A stretch of 64,000 nucleotides of DNA from Monocercomonoides exilis PA203 (taxonomy: Eukaryota; Protista; Preaxostyla), in contig LSRY02000034.1 in the NCBI GenBank assembly GCA_001643675.2, positions 434,001 to 498,000 on the forward strand, written 5' to 3'. Positions 12,535 to 25,765 of this stretch are shown piece by piece (the first letter of the stretch is position 1; every line of letters starts with the position of its first letter). Under the pieces are notes generated by a model. It was not told the DNA's origin. It was given only the letters and a program-made list of their open reading frames with translations, and searched no databases. Both the position numbers and the translations under genes were made by a program.

Positions 12535-14060
12535 TCACTTTCCTCTCTCAGTTTTATCAGTTGATTCTTTCTCAATATCGTTTTCATCTTGCAGTATTTT
12601 GAATTTTCTTTTCAGCTTTTTTGTGAAATTCATTGTTTCATCATTTTCTTTATCAGAAATGTTTTCTTTTTCATTTTCCATTTCACTTTTCTTTTTCAAA
12701 TAATCATCCCACTCATTGAGTAACTTTTCTTTTGTTATTTCTTTAAAGTTGAAGTCAAATCGGTTGTTATGAGAAGGAAGATGATGAGTTGATGATTGAG
12801 GAAGTTCCATCGGAACTGGACCAGACGAGTCTTTCAGCATTACGCTGCAGTTAAATGCTATTTTGATCACCGAAAGCGATTACTCCGAATGAATTGATTG
12901 TATTGAAGCTTTTACCAGAGCTGTTCTCTTCGCTGCTTAAGACGACGACGAAGGTGCTTCGCACTGTGAAATCATCTCAAACTTTTGAAAGGCAAATACT
13001 CCTCGGTCAAGTAACTGGCAAATGTGTGTGCCGTAAGTGATGAATGTCAAAAAATCCACATTTTCTTTTTTGAATTCTCGCCAGATTGCAGGATCTGCAC
13101 GAGAAATGTGTGAGTAGATTAAAAGCAAGCAGTGTGATTCATCGAGTGACAAGCATTGTTTTCTTTCTTTGATTGAAGGAAGAAAAATTGCAAGCGTATT
13201 TTTTTTGTACGTTGAAGATTCCATCCATCCTCATTTGTTCGTCCAAATCTCAAGATTTGAAGACAGAAGAGGCTTCAAGTCATCAGGAAGTTTGAGACTC
13301 GTCCACAGAATCGCTGAAGGAAGTGATTGACCTTCAGCTGCAACCGCCGCAAACAGTGTTGAATTCGCAATTCGCGCAGCAGATTCAGCAAAACCGCGTT
13401 TTGCATTTGCCGGATGAACAACATTCCGATTGGAGCTGTCGGGAACCCTGAGTGAAGACTCGTCCACGTTGAAAATCAGTGCGTTGTTGTAACTGTTGTT
13501 CTGATGCAATCCTTTGAGCATATCACACCAGAGTCTCAGAACTTGTTGGTATGAAACCGCAATCCTGTTTTTGTCAACGATTTTCGAATTAGAAGTCTTC
13601 GACTCTGGATGTTTTTTGATAATGTCGAGGCAACAAATGCAGAAACTTCAACATCTGGCTTGTTTTCTGGTTTTTAATCATTTACAACATTTTCAATCAA
13701 ATTAATATTTATTAATACATTTCGAAGAATATTTATGCAAACCAGTTTACGCATTTTCTTAATGGTTTGGCTAGCTCCAGATAGTGATTCTATTTTAATT
13801 TCATCAAGAACAGTTTGTTTTTTTTCCCCTATGACCACAGTTGGTCTTTCAAATTTTGAAACTAATCCGACTTGTCGAACAACCTTCACTGCACGCTTGA
13901 TTCGAATTATGCTGAATTTTTTGATGTTATTTTCATCCGCCATTCGCACAACTCTATCGTTTTCAATTTTTTCCATTCACTCAAGCGAATTCATTAATTG
14001 TCTCCATTCGAACGATAGCATTTCCTCCCGCAGCTTCAGCTGACCCACAGAAGATTTTCT
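12535..14060 (-). mobile_element. Decayed pogo/CENP-B-like (DDE_1) transposase
   Basis: IFNVDESSL (D1), STLFAAVAAEGQSLPSAILW, LLLIYSHISR (degenerate LDxHxSR), TYGTHICQLLDRGVFAFQK (cf. PxHTxHxLQPLDxxVFxxFK). Multiple stops. Confidence 0.8.
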
Positions 14061-14169
14061 TGCAACATCCTTTTTCAATTTTTATTTTTCGTGTGATGAT
14101 CATTAAGCCAATTTATTAAATTAATTATTATAAATTTCAATTATCTTTTCAATTTTTTTCACTCAAAGG

Positions 14170-15050
14170 CAAATGAAATAAGAAAAGAATAAAGAACTGA
14201 AGAAGAAGGAGTCAAATCTGTTGACAATCATTGACCAAAGAGATTTATTGAAAGATATCCAAAACTTGCTCTGAAAAAGGCAACAAAGTTACCAATCGGT
14301 CGTGCTGCACACTATTCGAAGCAAACAATAGGTCCCTTTTTTGATAAAGTCGCTAAGTTCTTTTCCGATAAAATAATTGTTCATCAATTGTTGATCGATT
14401 GAATTCAATCACAACTATTTTTCAAAATATTCATAAAATAACCATGGTTTTGTCATCTTCTTCTGTTCAACCAGTCATTTCAGAGCCTTCATTGCCAAAT
14501 GTCACGTGAATTACTTTTCACAAAAGAGCAGATGGATTGAGATATTGAACTTAAATTCTTATCCCATATTCAACAATTCCCAAAGAATATATAGAAGCCA
14601 CAACAGAAAATGAGGTGCTCGTTCCATGTTCAACTGAGCACATGATGCTAACATGTTAACTTGATGTCTTTCAGATATCAATTCTTCCGAGCATCAATAA
14701 AAATGAAAAAAAATTAGACAACAACATAATAACGCAACCTTTGCGATGGATGGAAGGACAGGGCATTTTTCCACAGAGATAGTAAAATTATGCAAAGATA
14801 ATTTAATCGATCTTATCCAACTCCCCTCGCATTCCTCTCACTTGCTGCGACCCAACGATCAGCGCATTTTTGCCAACATGAAAAAATGTTTCAAAAAGTC
14901 AACTGAATGTGGGAAAACAAACACGGCTAGCGAAAGAAGAAAAGATTTTTTTTCCGTTTAAAAGGAAGCAATTGCAATGGCTTCATATCCATCAACAATT
15001 AAAGCAAGATAGATAATGGCAAGATTTTGTCCAAAGAATTAAAATGCTGT
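14170..15050 (+). mobile_element. Second decayed pogo-like (DDE_1) transposase, head-to-head with the first
   Basis: KRFIERYPKLALKKATKLPIGRAAHYSKQTIGPFF (end of CENP-B HTH region) and MDGRTGH...LIQLPSHSSHLLRPNDQRIFANMKK. Confidence 0.8.
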
Positions 15051-16978
15051 TCTTATTCAATTACCTGAGATATTACCAGAATGAGAAGAAATGGCTTCAT
15101 CATGTAACAAAGCTCCTGAAGAGGCAAAAACAGTGAAATTTTTGCGTGGATCAAAAAAAATATCCGATATTGTTTTTTGAAAAATTTTTTTTGAATTCCA
15201 TTTTTGACAGTTTTTGATGAAAAATTAGTCAAAAAGAAATACAAACATAGTCTTATTTACGCTCATCAATAAAGTGAGTTTATTCATTGACTCAACAATG
15301 AATATTAAAAAATTCAAGTCATTGTTGAAACAATAAAAATGAACAAACAGCCGATAAATGTTGAACATGATTGAGAACAATGCATTGAATAGATAACTCA
15401 GAATAAAAGAAATGGATAATGCTCAAAGCTATCGAAGAAATATTCTTCAGAGAACGTTCAGCGAACGATAGATAATTAGAGAGAAGTGCTATCATTTAAA
15501 TTTGTCACTTGAAAAATGAGAAAAAGAACATGATGAATAAGAAAATGTAAATTTTCTATTAAGAATGCTAATCATTTTGAAAATTTCTTTTTAAAAATAA
15601 AAAAATGGTCCAAAAGTTTTCCTTTTTTTCATCAATTTATTAAATCAAAATTGTGTATTTCAAATTGTACTAGATTGGAATATTGAGACATAAATTGCTG
15701 AAAAAATATAATATCTCTTTTTGAATTTAACTTTGTTTTCTTTTTTGACTCAAATTGCTAAAAATTGGTGAAATTTTTGTGATAAAATCCTTTTCAGATA
15801 TATGTTTTTGGTCTTCATATTTTCAATAAGATGTTTTGCAATAATCACTAAAAAGAGAAGGAAAATAAAACAGATAAATATATCAGGCTTTCATCTCAAA
15901 CATTGGTATATGAATAAAATAAAATGAACATAAACATTACAATGAAAAACACTATGCGTTAAACGAGAAGCATTTTTCAAATTCATATCCACAATGAAGC
16001 AATTGTCTCGAAATTTGTCAACTGTGTTTTCTGAAATCCAACTTTATTGTAAAAAAACCAAGAGTTTAGTTTTATTCGTTCCTCCGGTATCTTTTGTTTG
16101 GTTTAAACAAGTTATTATAATATGTCAAATAATCAGTATCGGTTGTAATCACATATTTTGATCAATAATATTTCACTTGAAATAACATAAAATGAAATAA
16201 AGGAAAATTAAATAGTAAAAAACATCAGCGCACATATAAATATATAAATGTCAAAATTTTTTTTTGTAAAGATCTTTTTGTTCAATTCACAAAAAACTTA
16301 AAATTTCATATTTTAATCAAGTTTTTGTTCTTTCTCTTGAAACTTCACAAAAATGGAAATAATTCCATTGTCAAGATTTTGTTTTCATGACAGAGAAATT
16401 AAATGAGTGGAAACAGAAATTTGATGGAAATAAATAATTTTTATTCTATTTGAAAATATAACAAAAGGAACTTTACATAAAAATTTAGCCAAATAAGAAA
16501 AACTGTTAAATGAATGAGTATGACATAATGTTTTTATCTTTCGAATATGATTTTTTTTTCCCATTATTATTATCATTGAATATATTCTTCAGTTCAGAGT
16601 TTAAAACATAAATATACAAAAATAAAAATAAAAATAACTTGAATTTGTAATTTAATATTCTGATCTGTGTTTATTTTTTGAGTTGTTTGAGAATTTGCAG
16701 TTAAAATTGTAATTAATCATTTATAAAAAAATAATATTTTTTTTGTATATGAAAAAAACATGCATTAGTTCCAGGTCATTTTTTGTAATTTTTTCATAAT
16801 AAGTCTTCCATTGCAACCCAAAAAAATAAATTTTTTTTGAAATTTAGAAGAATATTAGGCAGTGTATTTTGATAAAAACTTATGAACAAGGAACACTTTA
16901 AATTTATTATATCGTGATCATTTTGATCTATTATGGGATTTATTCCTTTATTAGTATTCTCTTCCTAATTTCCTTGAA

Positions 16979-18126
16979 ATGGGGCAAGGTAGAGTGAAAG
17001 CTAAAGGGTTTGTTAGAAAGGAGAGCAGAAGATCAATGGCTCAAGAAGCAAGAAAGAAGAGAAGAAGAGAAGAACGGAAGAAAGGAATAAAAATTGAAAG
17101 AATTCCAAAAACAATTGACAACAAAAGGGTATTTGATGAGACGAAAGTTGAGAATGAAGAAGACATAGAGATGATTCGGGAAGAGCAATTAGATGAATTT
17201 TCTTCTGTGATTTCCGGTAGAATTTCCCCAAAAGTCATGATTACAACAACAATGACTGGTGGAGCTTATGCTGGAAAGCTAGGAAGAGAGCTTGCATACG
17301 TTATACCAAATGGAGTGTTTAAGCGCAGACGTGGATATTCAATGTCTTCTATTTTGAAAACTTTGAAAAAGAAACATTACACAATGTTAATTTTAGTTGA
17401 GCAAGGTGTACAACGAAAAAGTATGCAAAACAAGAAGAATTAGCTTATTTTCTGTGATTTTTTATTTGATATGTAATGCTTAGGGCCTGATGGATTGTGG
17501 ATGATTAATCTTCCTCATGGTCCAACTGCTCATTTTCGAATTGGAACCGTAAGATATCGTAGAGAAATACCGGTATGTTGCAAAGCAAGAATTCATCACA
17601 CTGTATGTGTGTTTTGATTGATTTTTTTTCTTTTTGTAGGATGTTGGAAGAAAAAGTGATCATTATCCTGATCTTAATCTTTATGGATTTAAGACACGTC
17701 TTGGAAGGAGAATTAGTCGAATGTTTCAGTCTCTTTTCCCACCAAAACCCGAGTATTATGGTAGACAGATAATTACATTTCATAATCAGAGAGATTGGAT
17801 TTTCTTTCGACAGCACAGGTTTTTTTTTTTTTTTTTTCATTTTTGAATGTATAAATATTTCATCTAATTTTTTTTTTTAGATTTATATTTGATGACCCAA
17901 AGACCCCAAGAGTGCAAGAACTTGGCCCTCGCTTTTCTCTTTATCTGTTATCTCTTCAAGATGGTACGATGCAAAGGACTAGTCCATATGAATATATTCC
18001 AAAAGTTTGCTAATATTTTACCTGATATCCAAATTGATTGTATTGATTATTTAATGCATTTGATTTTTTGCATTTTCCGTTTTATAGGCAGGAACAAGAA
18101 GCGAAAAGCTTCGTTTTATTCTTTAG
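16979..18126 (+). CDS. RPF1: Ribosome production factor 1 (Brix domain), 5 exons
   Basis: Exons 16979-17420, 17484-17572, 17640-17818, 17881-18003, 18088-18126 splice in frame via GT-AG introns. Motifs: PKTIDNKRVFDET, PKVMITT, LPHGPTAHF, FKTRLGRRISRMFQSLFP, ITFHNQRDWIFFRQHR, QELGPRF, terminal RFIL*. Confidence 0.93.
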
Positions 18127-18336
18127 AATTCCCGGAACAAATTTTTTCAAATATTTTGTTTTTCACTTCAAATATCATTTCATTATAAAATTCAAATTTA
18201 AATAGTACGATTAAAGAAATAAACATAATTTTTTGATTTATATTTGGAAAGATATTTTTTTATTTTTAATTGAAAAATTATACATTATTCCTAAGATCAA
18301 TTGTGATCTTTTATTAATCATTTTCTCTTTTCTCCT

Positions 18337-21278
18337 ATGAGCAATGATCTTCGATGCACAAAAGGCAATTTTACAAATGAACAACGCGTTATGATAAAGT
18401 CAAAAATTAGTGAAAAGCAAGCAGAATTTGGTATTAGCGCAGAAGACGATTTTTCTGTTTGAATCATTTTTTGTTTTAATAAGCTTGATTCGAACATAAC
18501 TTTCAACTTTATGTTATTAATAACCTCTTTTTATATAGGATTATGTTCTTGAATTAGTGGAGCATCGAAGGTCAAAGCAAGATATGGTTGAAAGTCTTGG
18601 TCCTTATCTAGAAGGAGATGACGTTGTCGCATTTGTTGATTTCATACGGGTATTCTAATTTTTTATGATTGATAAAATATCAAACTTTTCTACAGGATTT
18701 TGTAGATGAAAATGTTCTTGGAATTCCTGTTGATAAGGTTTTGAATTCTAAACAATCAGAGCAATCTTCCAATCCTGTTTGCAATAGTTGTAAATCTTCA
18801 CAAGAAGACGAATTTGAGTCTCGTATCATTGAGCTTGAAGAAGCAGCAAGGGCAATTGATTCAGATTTTTCGACAATCAAAACACCCGAAGAGAATTACA
18901 CACCCTCGGAGATGGAAAAGCGGAGCTTGCGTTTTTGCGCGAATAAAGAACTGCAACTGTCAGCACAGATCCCTGCCTATCAGCCATTGCATCACGTTTC
19001 AAACGGTGTGTTGGATATGGAAAACGTGGAACCATTTGTCACAGAAGGCACAGGGATTAGAAGCAGGTACGGAGGCATGAGGAACGGATTGATTGATGTA
19101 AATGGAAGCAGCAGAGGTGCAGAATCCTATATTCAGCAGCCTATATTCCCTCGTGGGCCAAGATCGACTGCTGGATACTACGAACCAGAGCGTTATTCAT
19201 CTTCTGTTGCACAAGGAAGTTCAACTTCGTTTCAACCATATGGCACTGACCGCTATTCTCAACAGCCATATGCGTCAGGGCAAACATCAAGCCAAATGCT
19301 CAATTCAGCTGCATTTCGACCAAATCATCCACTTCCTCTTCTTCCTCCTCCACCTCCTCCACCTCCTCCTTCTTTGCCGCCTCCACCGCCTCAACACATG
19401 TATTCTGACAATCAAAGGCTCATCTATCCGGGCATTGCTCAAAGACCTGCAAGCGGGCCATTCAGCAGGGTTGGAATGCTTCAGAAGAGAATGGCGCTGG
19501 AACAGCCGCAGGACAGAGGATCTGGAATTCGAGCAGCTGGAGACTGGGAGCAAGAGCAGCAGATGAGGGAGATGGGACACAATGTTGCTGCTCAAAGTGG
19601 AAGGACAGTGCTGCCTCCACCACAACAGCAACAAAGGGCATATTTTGAGGATGATCTGGCTGATCTGGCGCGGGAATACAATGAGAGAGTGGAGAGGATT
19701 CAACAGCAGCCCCATCCTCAGATACTGCCTCAGATGCAGCCTCAGGCACAACCTCAGATTCAGCCCCAGCCTCAGCCTCGTCTCCAGTGGAGGCAGCCTG
19801 TTCAGTATTCACAGCGTGCTCAATCTTCGATGAATACACAATATCAGCAGCCTAATCAGCAGCAACTGTTTCGTCCGCAGCAGCAAATGCAAATGCCGAT
19901 GCAAATGAAGCCACAGTCGCATTCATTGTCAGCATTGCGCAGACAGCAAATAGCGGGATCTCCAGCTGTTCCACAAGCAGATGAGGGAAAAACCCCGATG
20001 CAGACAACACAAGAAACGAACACAGAAGCATCATCAAACACTTTGCCAATCAATCAGCAAGAGACAGAAAAGAGAGTTGAAGGTGCTGAAGGTACAGGAG
20101 GAGAAGATGGAAAAACTGAAACATCTGTCACAACACCGTCTTCTGCTTCTGCTTTGAGTGACCAGATTCCACAGCAACAACCTCAACAGCAGAAGCCGCA
20201 ACAACAACAACAACTCCATTCAAAAGTGAAGATGGCCAGTTCAGTTGGAGGAGGAGGAGGAAGCAGTTCTGGAGTTGGATCGATGGGGATGTGGTGCCCG
20301 AAAGGAGCATCGTGCGAGAGGACAGGATGTGAGCTCCAGCATCCACCTGCGCCGTGCCGGTTCTGGCCGAACTGCACTCGGTGGGACTGCCCGTTCAGCC
20401 ATGGACATCCGTGCAGAGAGGACATGCACTGCACAAAGCCGATGTGCACTTTCTCGCACTATCCATCGTTTGCAGCACGGCCGCTATGCATGTTTGGGAT
20501 GTGGTGCACGAACCCTATTTGCACATACCGCCATCCGCCACAACGCAAACGTTTGCATCAACTATTATTGAAAAAAAGCTTCATATTTGATTCATCTTTA
20601 AATATTTTTTTCCTCATTGTTATTTCTTTTCACAATTCTATTTCCTGATGTATTTATTGTAAATCTTAAATGTTATTTTTTTTTTAATGGATTAATTTTC
20701 TTTCCTTTCAAGTTGGAGTTGGTCTTCAGCCATTGGCCAAAACACAGCCTCAACAATTGCAGCAGCAGATTCAGCCACAGCCAAAAAGTCTTCAAGAAAC
20801 GGCAACTTCTTCTTCCAGTTCTGATGCGCCAACACAGAATGAGACAGTCACAGAAATGAAGGAGAATACACCAGAGGAAGAAATAAAGCAGAGTGCCTCA
20901 GAGATTGAAACAGAGAATGATTCAAAGAATACGGCTGGAGAAGTAGCGAAAACAGCAGATACTCAAGGGGGAAGCGAAGAAGATTTGAAAAAGGAGGAAA
21001 AGGAGGAAGAGAACGTTCTGAAAGAAGAGCAGAAAGACAAAGAGGCGCAGTCTTTTGACATGAGCGAAACAACAAGTGAAATAACAACTGAGTCAGAAGA
21101 ATCAAAGAAGGATCCAGAAGAAGCAGCAGAAGAGAAGAAAGAAACCATTACAGAAGAACACGAAGCGAAAGATGAGCAAACTGTGACTCAAGAAGTGGGA
21201 GATGCTTCCACGAATGATTCAAAAAATGGAGAAAAAGAGAAAAAAGAAGAAACGAGTGAGAAGGATTCAGGAGAGTGA
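18337..21278 (+). CDS. Nab2/ZC3H14-like poly(A) RNA-binding protein (PWI-like N-terminus, Q/P-rich linker, four CCCH fingers, acidic tail)
   Basis: Exons 18337-18456, 18539-18649, 18696-20550, 20713-21278 join in frame. N-terminus DYVLELVEHRRSKQDMVESLGPYLEGDDVVAFVDFI. Fingers C-x5-C-x4-C-x3-H (CPKGASCERTGCELQH, CRFWPNCTRWDCPFSH, CREDMHCTKPMCTFSH, CMFGMWCTNPICTYRH). Confidence 0.8.
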
Positions 21279-22156
21279 AAGATGACTTTCCAACAAAAAA
21301 TCACTAAATAATAACTTTGCATTTGCTTTTCGGCAAAGCACTTTTTGATTCTGTTTTTTAAAGAGTTTCGAAGAAGCAGGCCATGAAAAATGTCTCCAAC
21401 AATGACTGCTTGTTTTTTGCTCCTGAACAGTTTTGTTGTTTGATGCTTTCCAAAGACAGCAGATTGTTCTGATTGCTTGACTTCGTTTGGAGGCTTTGCC
21501 TTTTTTTATTCATTTTTCATTTTGTCTTCTGCTTTTCAGCAGAAGAGTGTTTTTCTTCTGTGAATGGTGAAGGAACCATTTTTGTATTTTTGAAGATTTT
21601 CTTTGATTCTATTGGATTTGAGTCATGAATTTCATTTTTTATTTTCGTTTCATACAAAGTGTTCAAAAAGATTATTTATTCAGATTTATTAAAAAAACAA
21701 GAATTCTCAAACTTTTACAAGATTTTGATTGAATTTGTTTTAATTTTAACAAAAAACCTTCTGTACAGTTGTCATTTCTTTTCAAAGAATTTAATGTTTT
21801 CATTTTAAACATACACGGGAGTTCATGGAAGGACCAATTACATTAATTGATAAAGAGTTTAGAAGTAGTTTTTTCATTCCTGATTACCCATTATATATTT
21901 TCTGTTATATTCAAGTTTTCATTAAAACTGTTTTTTCTCTAAAGTTAAGGTTTGGTTTGATGAGTGTCGATAAAATAATTTTTAAAACAACAAATGGGAA
22001 ATGAAATAAAGGATGAAATTAAACCAACATGTCACATTGAATTTTTATTGCGAGATGTTTTTTATTTCTTTTTTTGTTTTTCATGACGAATTTGCTTCCA
22101 TTTTTTCTTTCTCTATAATTTTAATGCATCTGCATTGTTTTGCTCGTGGTGCAGGA

Positions 22157-25100
22157 ATGACAAGCCGCATCCACCGATTGGATCAGACCACATACAACAA
22201 GATAGCTGCTGGGGAAATTATCCACCGCCCAGCAAACGCACTGAAGGAGATGATTGAAAACTCGCTGGATGCAGGGGCCACGGCGGTGAAGGTGACGCTG
22301 AAGGATGGAGGCATGAAGATGCTTCAGATCGAAGACAATGGCAGCGGAATCCATCCCGATGACTTCGAGCTGGTGTGCGAGCGGTTTGCCACAAGCAAGA
22401 TCGCGCGTTTTGAGGACCTTGCGGGGCTCCAGACCTTTGGATTTCGAGGTGAAGCGCTGGCGTCAATTTCGTATGTGGCGAAGCTGACAATCTCGTCGCT
22501 GGCAAAGGGCGAGCGAGTGTGCTACCGCGCGTCGTATGTGGACGGGAAGATTGCAGGCAACCCAGCAAGGCCACGACCATGCCCTGGGGTGCAGGGGACG
22601 ACGATACAAGTGGAGGATCTGTTCTACAACTTTGTGTCTCGTCGACGCTCGCTGGGGACAGCCGCCGAAGAGCTAGCGCGGTGCACAGAGGTTGTGTCGC
22701 ATTATGCCATCCACTATCCGTCGGTGTCATTCACACTGAGGAAGCAAGGCGAGGCGATTCCGATTGTGGCCACACAAGCACGACACGTGCAGGCTCCGCT
22801 TCAGCATGCAGAGCCGAGCGAGCAAAACGAACAGAGCGATCAGAAGGAGCAGAAGGAGCAGAACGAGCAGAGGGAGAGGCAGCAGAAGTCCGATCTGAGC
22901 ATCTTCCCCATCCGGTCTGTGTATGGAATGGGTGTTGCGCGGGAGCTGGTGGCGGTGCATGGGGGGCTGGATGTGCCTGTGCGGGTGTGCATCGACGGGT
23001 ATGTGTCGCAGCCGTCGTATCGCGGGCGCCGGCCGCTGTTTGTGTTTTTTGTGAACCACCGGCTGGTGGAGTGTGTGCCGCTGAAGAAGGCGCTGGACGA
23101 GCTGTACCGGCACGTGTTTCTGGTGCCGAAGAACAGCCACCCGTTTGTATATCTTTCGCTGCTGTTCTGCGAGGCAGGGGCAGTCGACCACAACGTGCAC
23201 CCGGCAAAGAGCGAGGTGCGGTTTCTGGGAGAGGCAGAGGTGGTGCAGGAGACGCGGCGTGCGGTGTCTGTGGCGCTGCGGCAGACGGAGAAGGGGAAGA
23301 CGTTCTTTGGGCGGGTGAAGGCGGATGGTGCTGAAAGAGAGGGCGCAGCCGAGGCAGAGAACGAGTCAGAGGCAAGGCGCGGTGAAGGAGGAGACGAGGA
23401 ACTGAATGGGAGAAGGAGCGAAAGCAAAGACAGTTTTGTGGAAAGACGGAGGGAGGCAGAAGTCAGAGAGACACAATACACTTTGGATTCGTCTTGGCGG
23501 ATGCAGAAGGAAGGTGAAGGAAAAGGAGAAGAAGAAGGTGGAAGAGAGGAAATGGGAGCGGAAGAAGGAAAAATCGAGTTTTTATCGCAAAATGCAGGGA
23601 AAAGAAGGCTGACGCTTCCATCTTCAGGATCATATGCAGTGTCGTCTTCTTCGTTTGCTCCGAAAACTCCGCCTGCTTCGCCCACATCTCCTGCTCCACC
23701 GACTTTGTCGCCTTCGATGCTTTCTCCTGCTTCGCACAGAACGCATCTTCTGCCTTCAGCCACATCAACGCCAACAGCCATCCATTCGACACAGCTGACA
23801 GAAACGGCGACTCCGCAGATTGGCTCGCCACACAGCAGATCGCTCTCGCCATCGTCTGCTTATTCGCCCTATCGTCCCTTCACGTCTCCAGCAACAGCTT
23901 CTCGTTCTTCTTCCACACAAAAGCTGGCGCCTTCGATGACAGTGCGGGAAGATCCATCGCAGCATCACATGTCGCTCACCTCGTTCTTCCCTCCGCTGGC
24001 AACACACACCCCGCCGCTGCCTTCATCTGCAGCTGGGCCAGTTCTGTCTCCGCCTCGTCAGTCTGCAAAGAGCGAAGAAGACTCTCAGCGAGAGAGAAAA
24101 GCATTTGGAAGTGCACAACCAGGAAGGTCTCCTTCAGCACCAACAGCAGCAGAATCATACACAGCAGGTGTGACTGAATGTGCGTCAGGAGATGCTGAGT
24201 CTGCAATAGCCACATCTTCATATGGCCACATGTCTGCACTCGAGGCAGACGCGTTTCTTTTGGCCTCGCATACATTTGGCGGGTCTTCAGACGCCTCTTT
24301 GGGCGAAGAAGGCAGTTCGTCGCTATCTCTTCTGTGGTGCCTGCGGCGCGGAGTGTTTGTGGGGTTTGTGGACTGTGTGTTTGGGCTGATGCAGAGCGGA
24401 ACAGGGCTGTATCTTGTGAACCTGCGTGTGCTGGGGCAGGAGATGCTGTTCCAGTCGCTCATTCAGAATCCGCTGGTGTGGATGGAGGAGCGAAAGCGGA
24501 GAGAGCAAGGCAAAATGGCAGATGGAGGAGAAGGCACTTTGGAGAAGGAGAAAATAGACGAGAAAGAAAGAGAGCGCTCGAACAGCGGCGGGTTTCGCCT
24601 GTCTCTGCTGCAGCTGTCACCCGCGGTGGATGTGAAGGCTGTTCTGGAAATGGGATTTGAGGTGCTGGAGACAAGCGCTGCTGGGCGGATGCTGCTGCAG
24701 ATGGACGAAGAGGAAGACAAGGGCGATGCAAGCACAAATGAAAGCGAAAAGAAAGAAGAAGAGAAGAACGAAGAGGCTGCAGAAGGAGAATTGCCTGGCT
24801 CTGAAGGCAGACGGAAGGAAGAGGGGAAAGGCAGAATGATGGAAGAGGAAGAAGTGAGGATGATCTGCGAGGCAGCAGCGGATTTGCTGTGGAAGCACCG
24901 GAGGTTTCTGGAGCGGTGCTTTGGGATGAGGATAAGAAGACAGAGCGCAACTGCTGACAGAAGAACGAAGAAAGAAATGGACAGAGCAGACAAAGGCGAA
25001 GAATGCTCGTCCAGTTGCGAGACTTCTTTGCATTCCTCTTCGTCGACCCAATCACGCTCGAATCGGATTCTTCTGCACACACTTCCTCAGATGGCTCCTC

Positions 25101-25765
25101 GGTTTGTGCCAGACCTGTCTCTGCTCCCTCTTATTCTGCTTCGTCTTGCCACAGAAATTGATTGGGATGCGGTTGACATACTCGGCACAGACAGAAGCGA
25201 ACACTCGAAGAAGGTCAAATGCAAAGGGGAGGGAGGCAGCTGTGAAGGCTACGAGAAGGAGATGGAGGAACATGGAAATGATAAACCGAAAGAAAACAAA
25301 GACGAAATTGAAGAAGAAGAAGATGATGACGAAGAAGAAGAAGAAGAAAAGGAGAAGAGAATTTCAAATGAGATAAATTCGAACGAACAAACGAATGGTA
25401 AAGATAAGAAGGAGGAGGATTATGGAGAAAAGGTGGAATTGCTTGGGACAGTTGTGCAGACGATCGCGGGCCATCTTTCAGGGCTGTTCTTCATTCCGTG
25501 CGACACACAGGCAGCACAAGCTGCAATCCAAACAGCTGCGCTGACTGAAGTGAAAGATGAAGCGATGAATGGGAATAAGAACAGAGGCGCTGAAGAAGTG
25601 CGCGAGTCGCGGGTTCCGCCACACTGGTTCCGTCGGCAGATGTCTGAGTCATTTGTGCCATATCTCTTTCGACATCTTATTCCTCCAACGCGTTTTGAGA
25701 CAGACGGCACAGTTGTGAAACTAGCTGATCTGAACACTTTCTACAAGGTGTTTGAAAGGTGCTGA
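22157..25765 (+). CDS. MLH1: DNA mismatch repair protein MLH1 (MutL family), ~1202 aa, intronless
   Basis: MTSRIHRLD..NKIAAGEII.RPANALKEMIENSLDAGAT, DNGSGI, RFATSK, TFGFRGEALASIS, DHNVHPAKSEVRF, and C-terminal YKVFERC (MLH1-diagnostic). True start is probably the ATG at 22157, not 22013. Confidence 0.96.
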   Translation: MTSRIHRLDQTTYNKIAAGEIIHRPANALKEMIENSLDAGATAVKVTLKDGGMKMLQIEDNGSGIHPDDFELVCERFATSKIARFEDLAGLQTFGFRGEALASISYVAKLTISSLAKGERVCYRASYVDGKIAGNPARPRPCPGVQGTTIQVEDLFYNFVSRRRSLGTAAEELARCTEVVSHYAIHYPSVSFTLRKQGEAIPIVATQARHVQAPLQHAEPSEQNEQSDQKEQKEQNEQRERQQKSDLSIFPIRSVYGMGVARELVAVHGGLDVPVRVCIDGYVSQPSYRGRRPLFVFFVNHRLVECVPLKKALDELYRHVFLVPKNSHPFVYLSLLFCEAGAVDHNVHPAKSEVRFLGEAEVVQETRRAVSVALRQTEKGKTFFGRVKADGAEREGAAEAENESEARRGEGGDEELNGRRSESKDSFVERRREAEVRETQYTLDSSWRMQKEGEGKGEEEGGREEMGAEEGKIEFLSQNAGKRRLTLPSSGSYAVSSSSFAPKTPPASPTSPAPPTLSPSMLSPASHRTHLLPSATSTPTAIHSTQLTETATPQIGSPHSRSLSPSSAYSPYRPFTSPATASRSSSTQKLAPSMTVREDPSQHHMSLTSFFPPLATHTPPLPSSAAGPVLSPPRQSAKSEEDSQRERKAFGSAQPGRSPSAPTAAESYTAGVTECASGDAESAIATSSYGHMSALEADAFLLASHTFGGSSDASLGEEGSSSLSLLWCLRRGVFVGFVDCVFGLMQSGTGLYLVNLRVLGQEMLFQSLIQNPLVWMEERKRREQGKMADGGEGTLEKEKIDEKERERSNSGGFRLSLLQLSPAVDVKAVLEMGFEVLETSAAGRMLLQMDEEEDKGDASTNESEKKEEEKNEEAAEGELPGSEGRRKEEGKGRMMEEEEVRMICEAAADLLWKHRRFLERCFGMRIRRQSATADRRTKKEMDRADKGEECSSSCETSLHSSSSTQSRSNRILLHTLPQMAPRFVPDLSLLPLILLRLATEIDWDAVDILGTDRSEHSKKVKCKGEGGSCEGYEKEMEEHGNDKPKENKDEIEEEEDDDEEEEEEKEKRISNEINSNEQTNGKDKKEEDYGEKVELLGTVVQTIAGHLSGLFFIPCDTQAAQAAIQTAALTEVKDEAMNGNKNRGAEEVRESRVPPHWFRRQMSESFVPYLFRHLIPPTRFETDGTVVKLADLNTFYKVFERC

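Noticed and set aside
22013-22156. N-terminal extension of the MLH1 ORF
   Set aside because: T-rich UTR- or intron-like sequence. Homology begins at MTSRIHRLD (22157).
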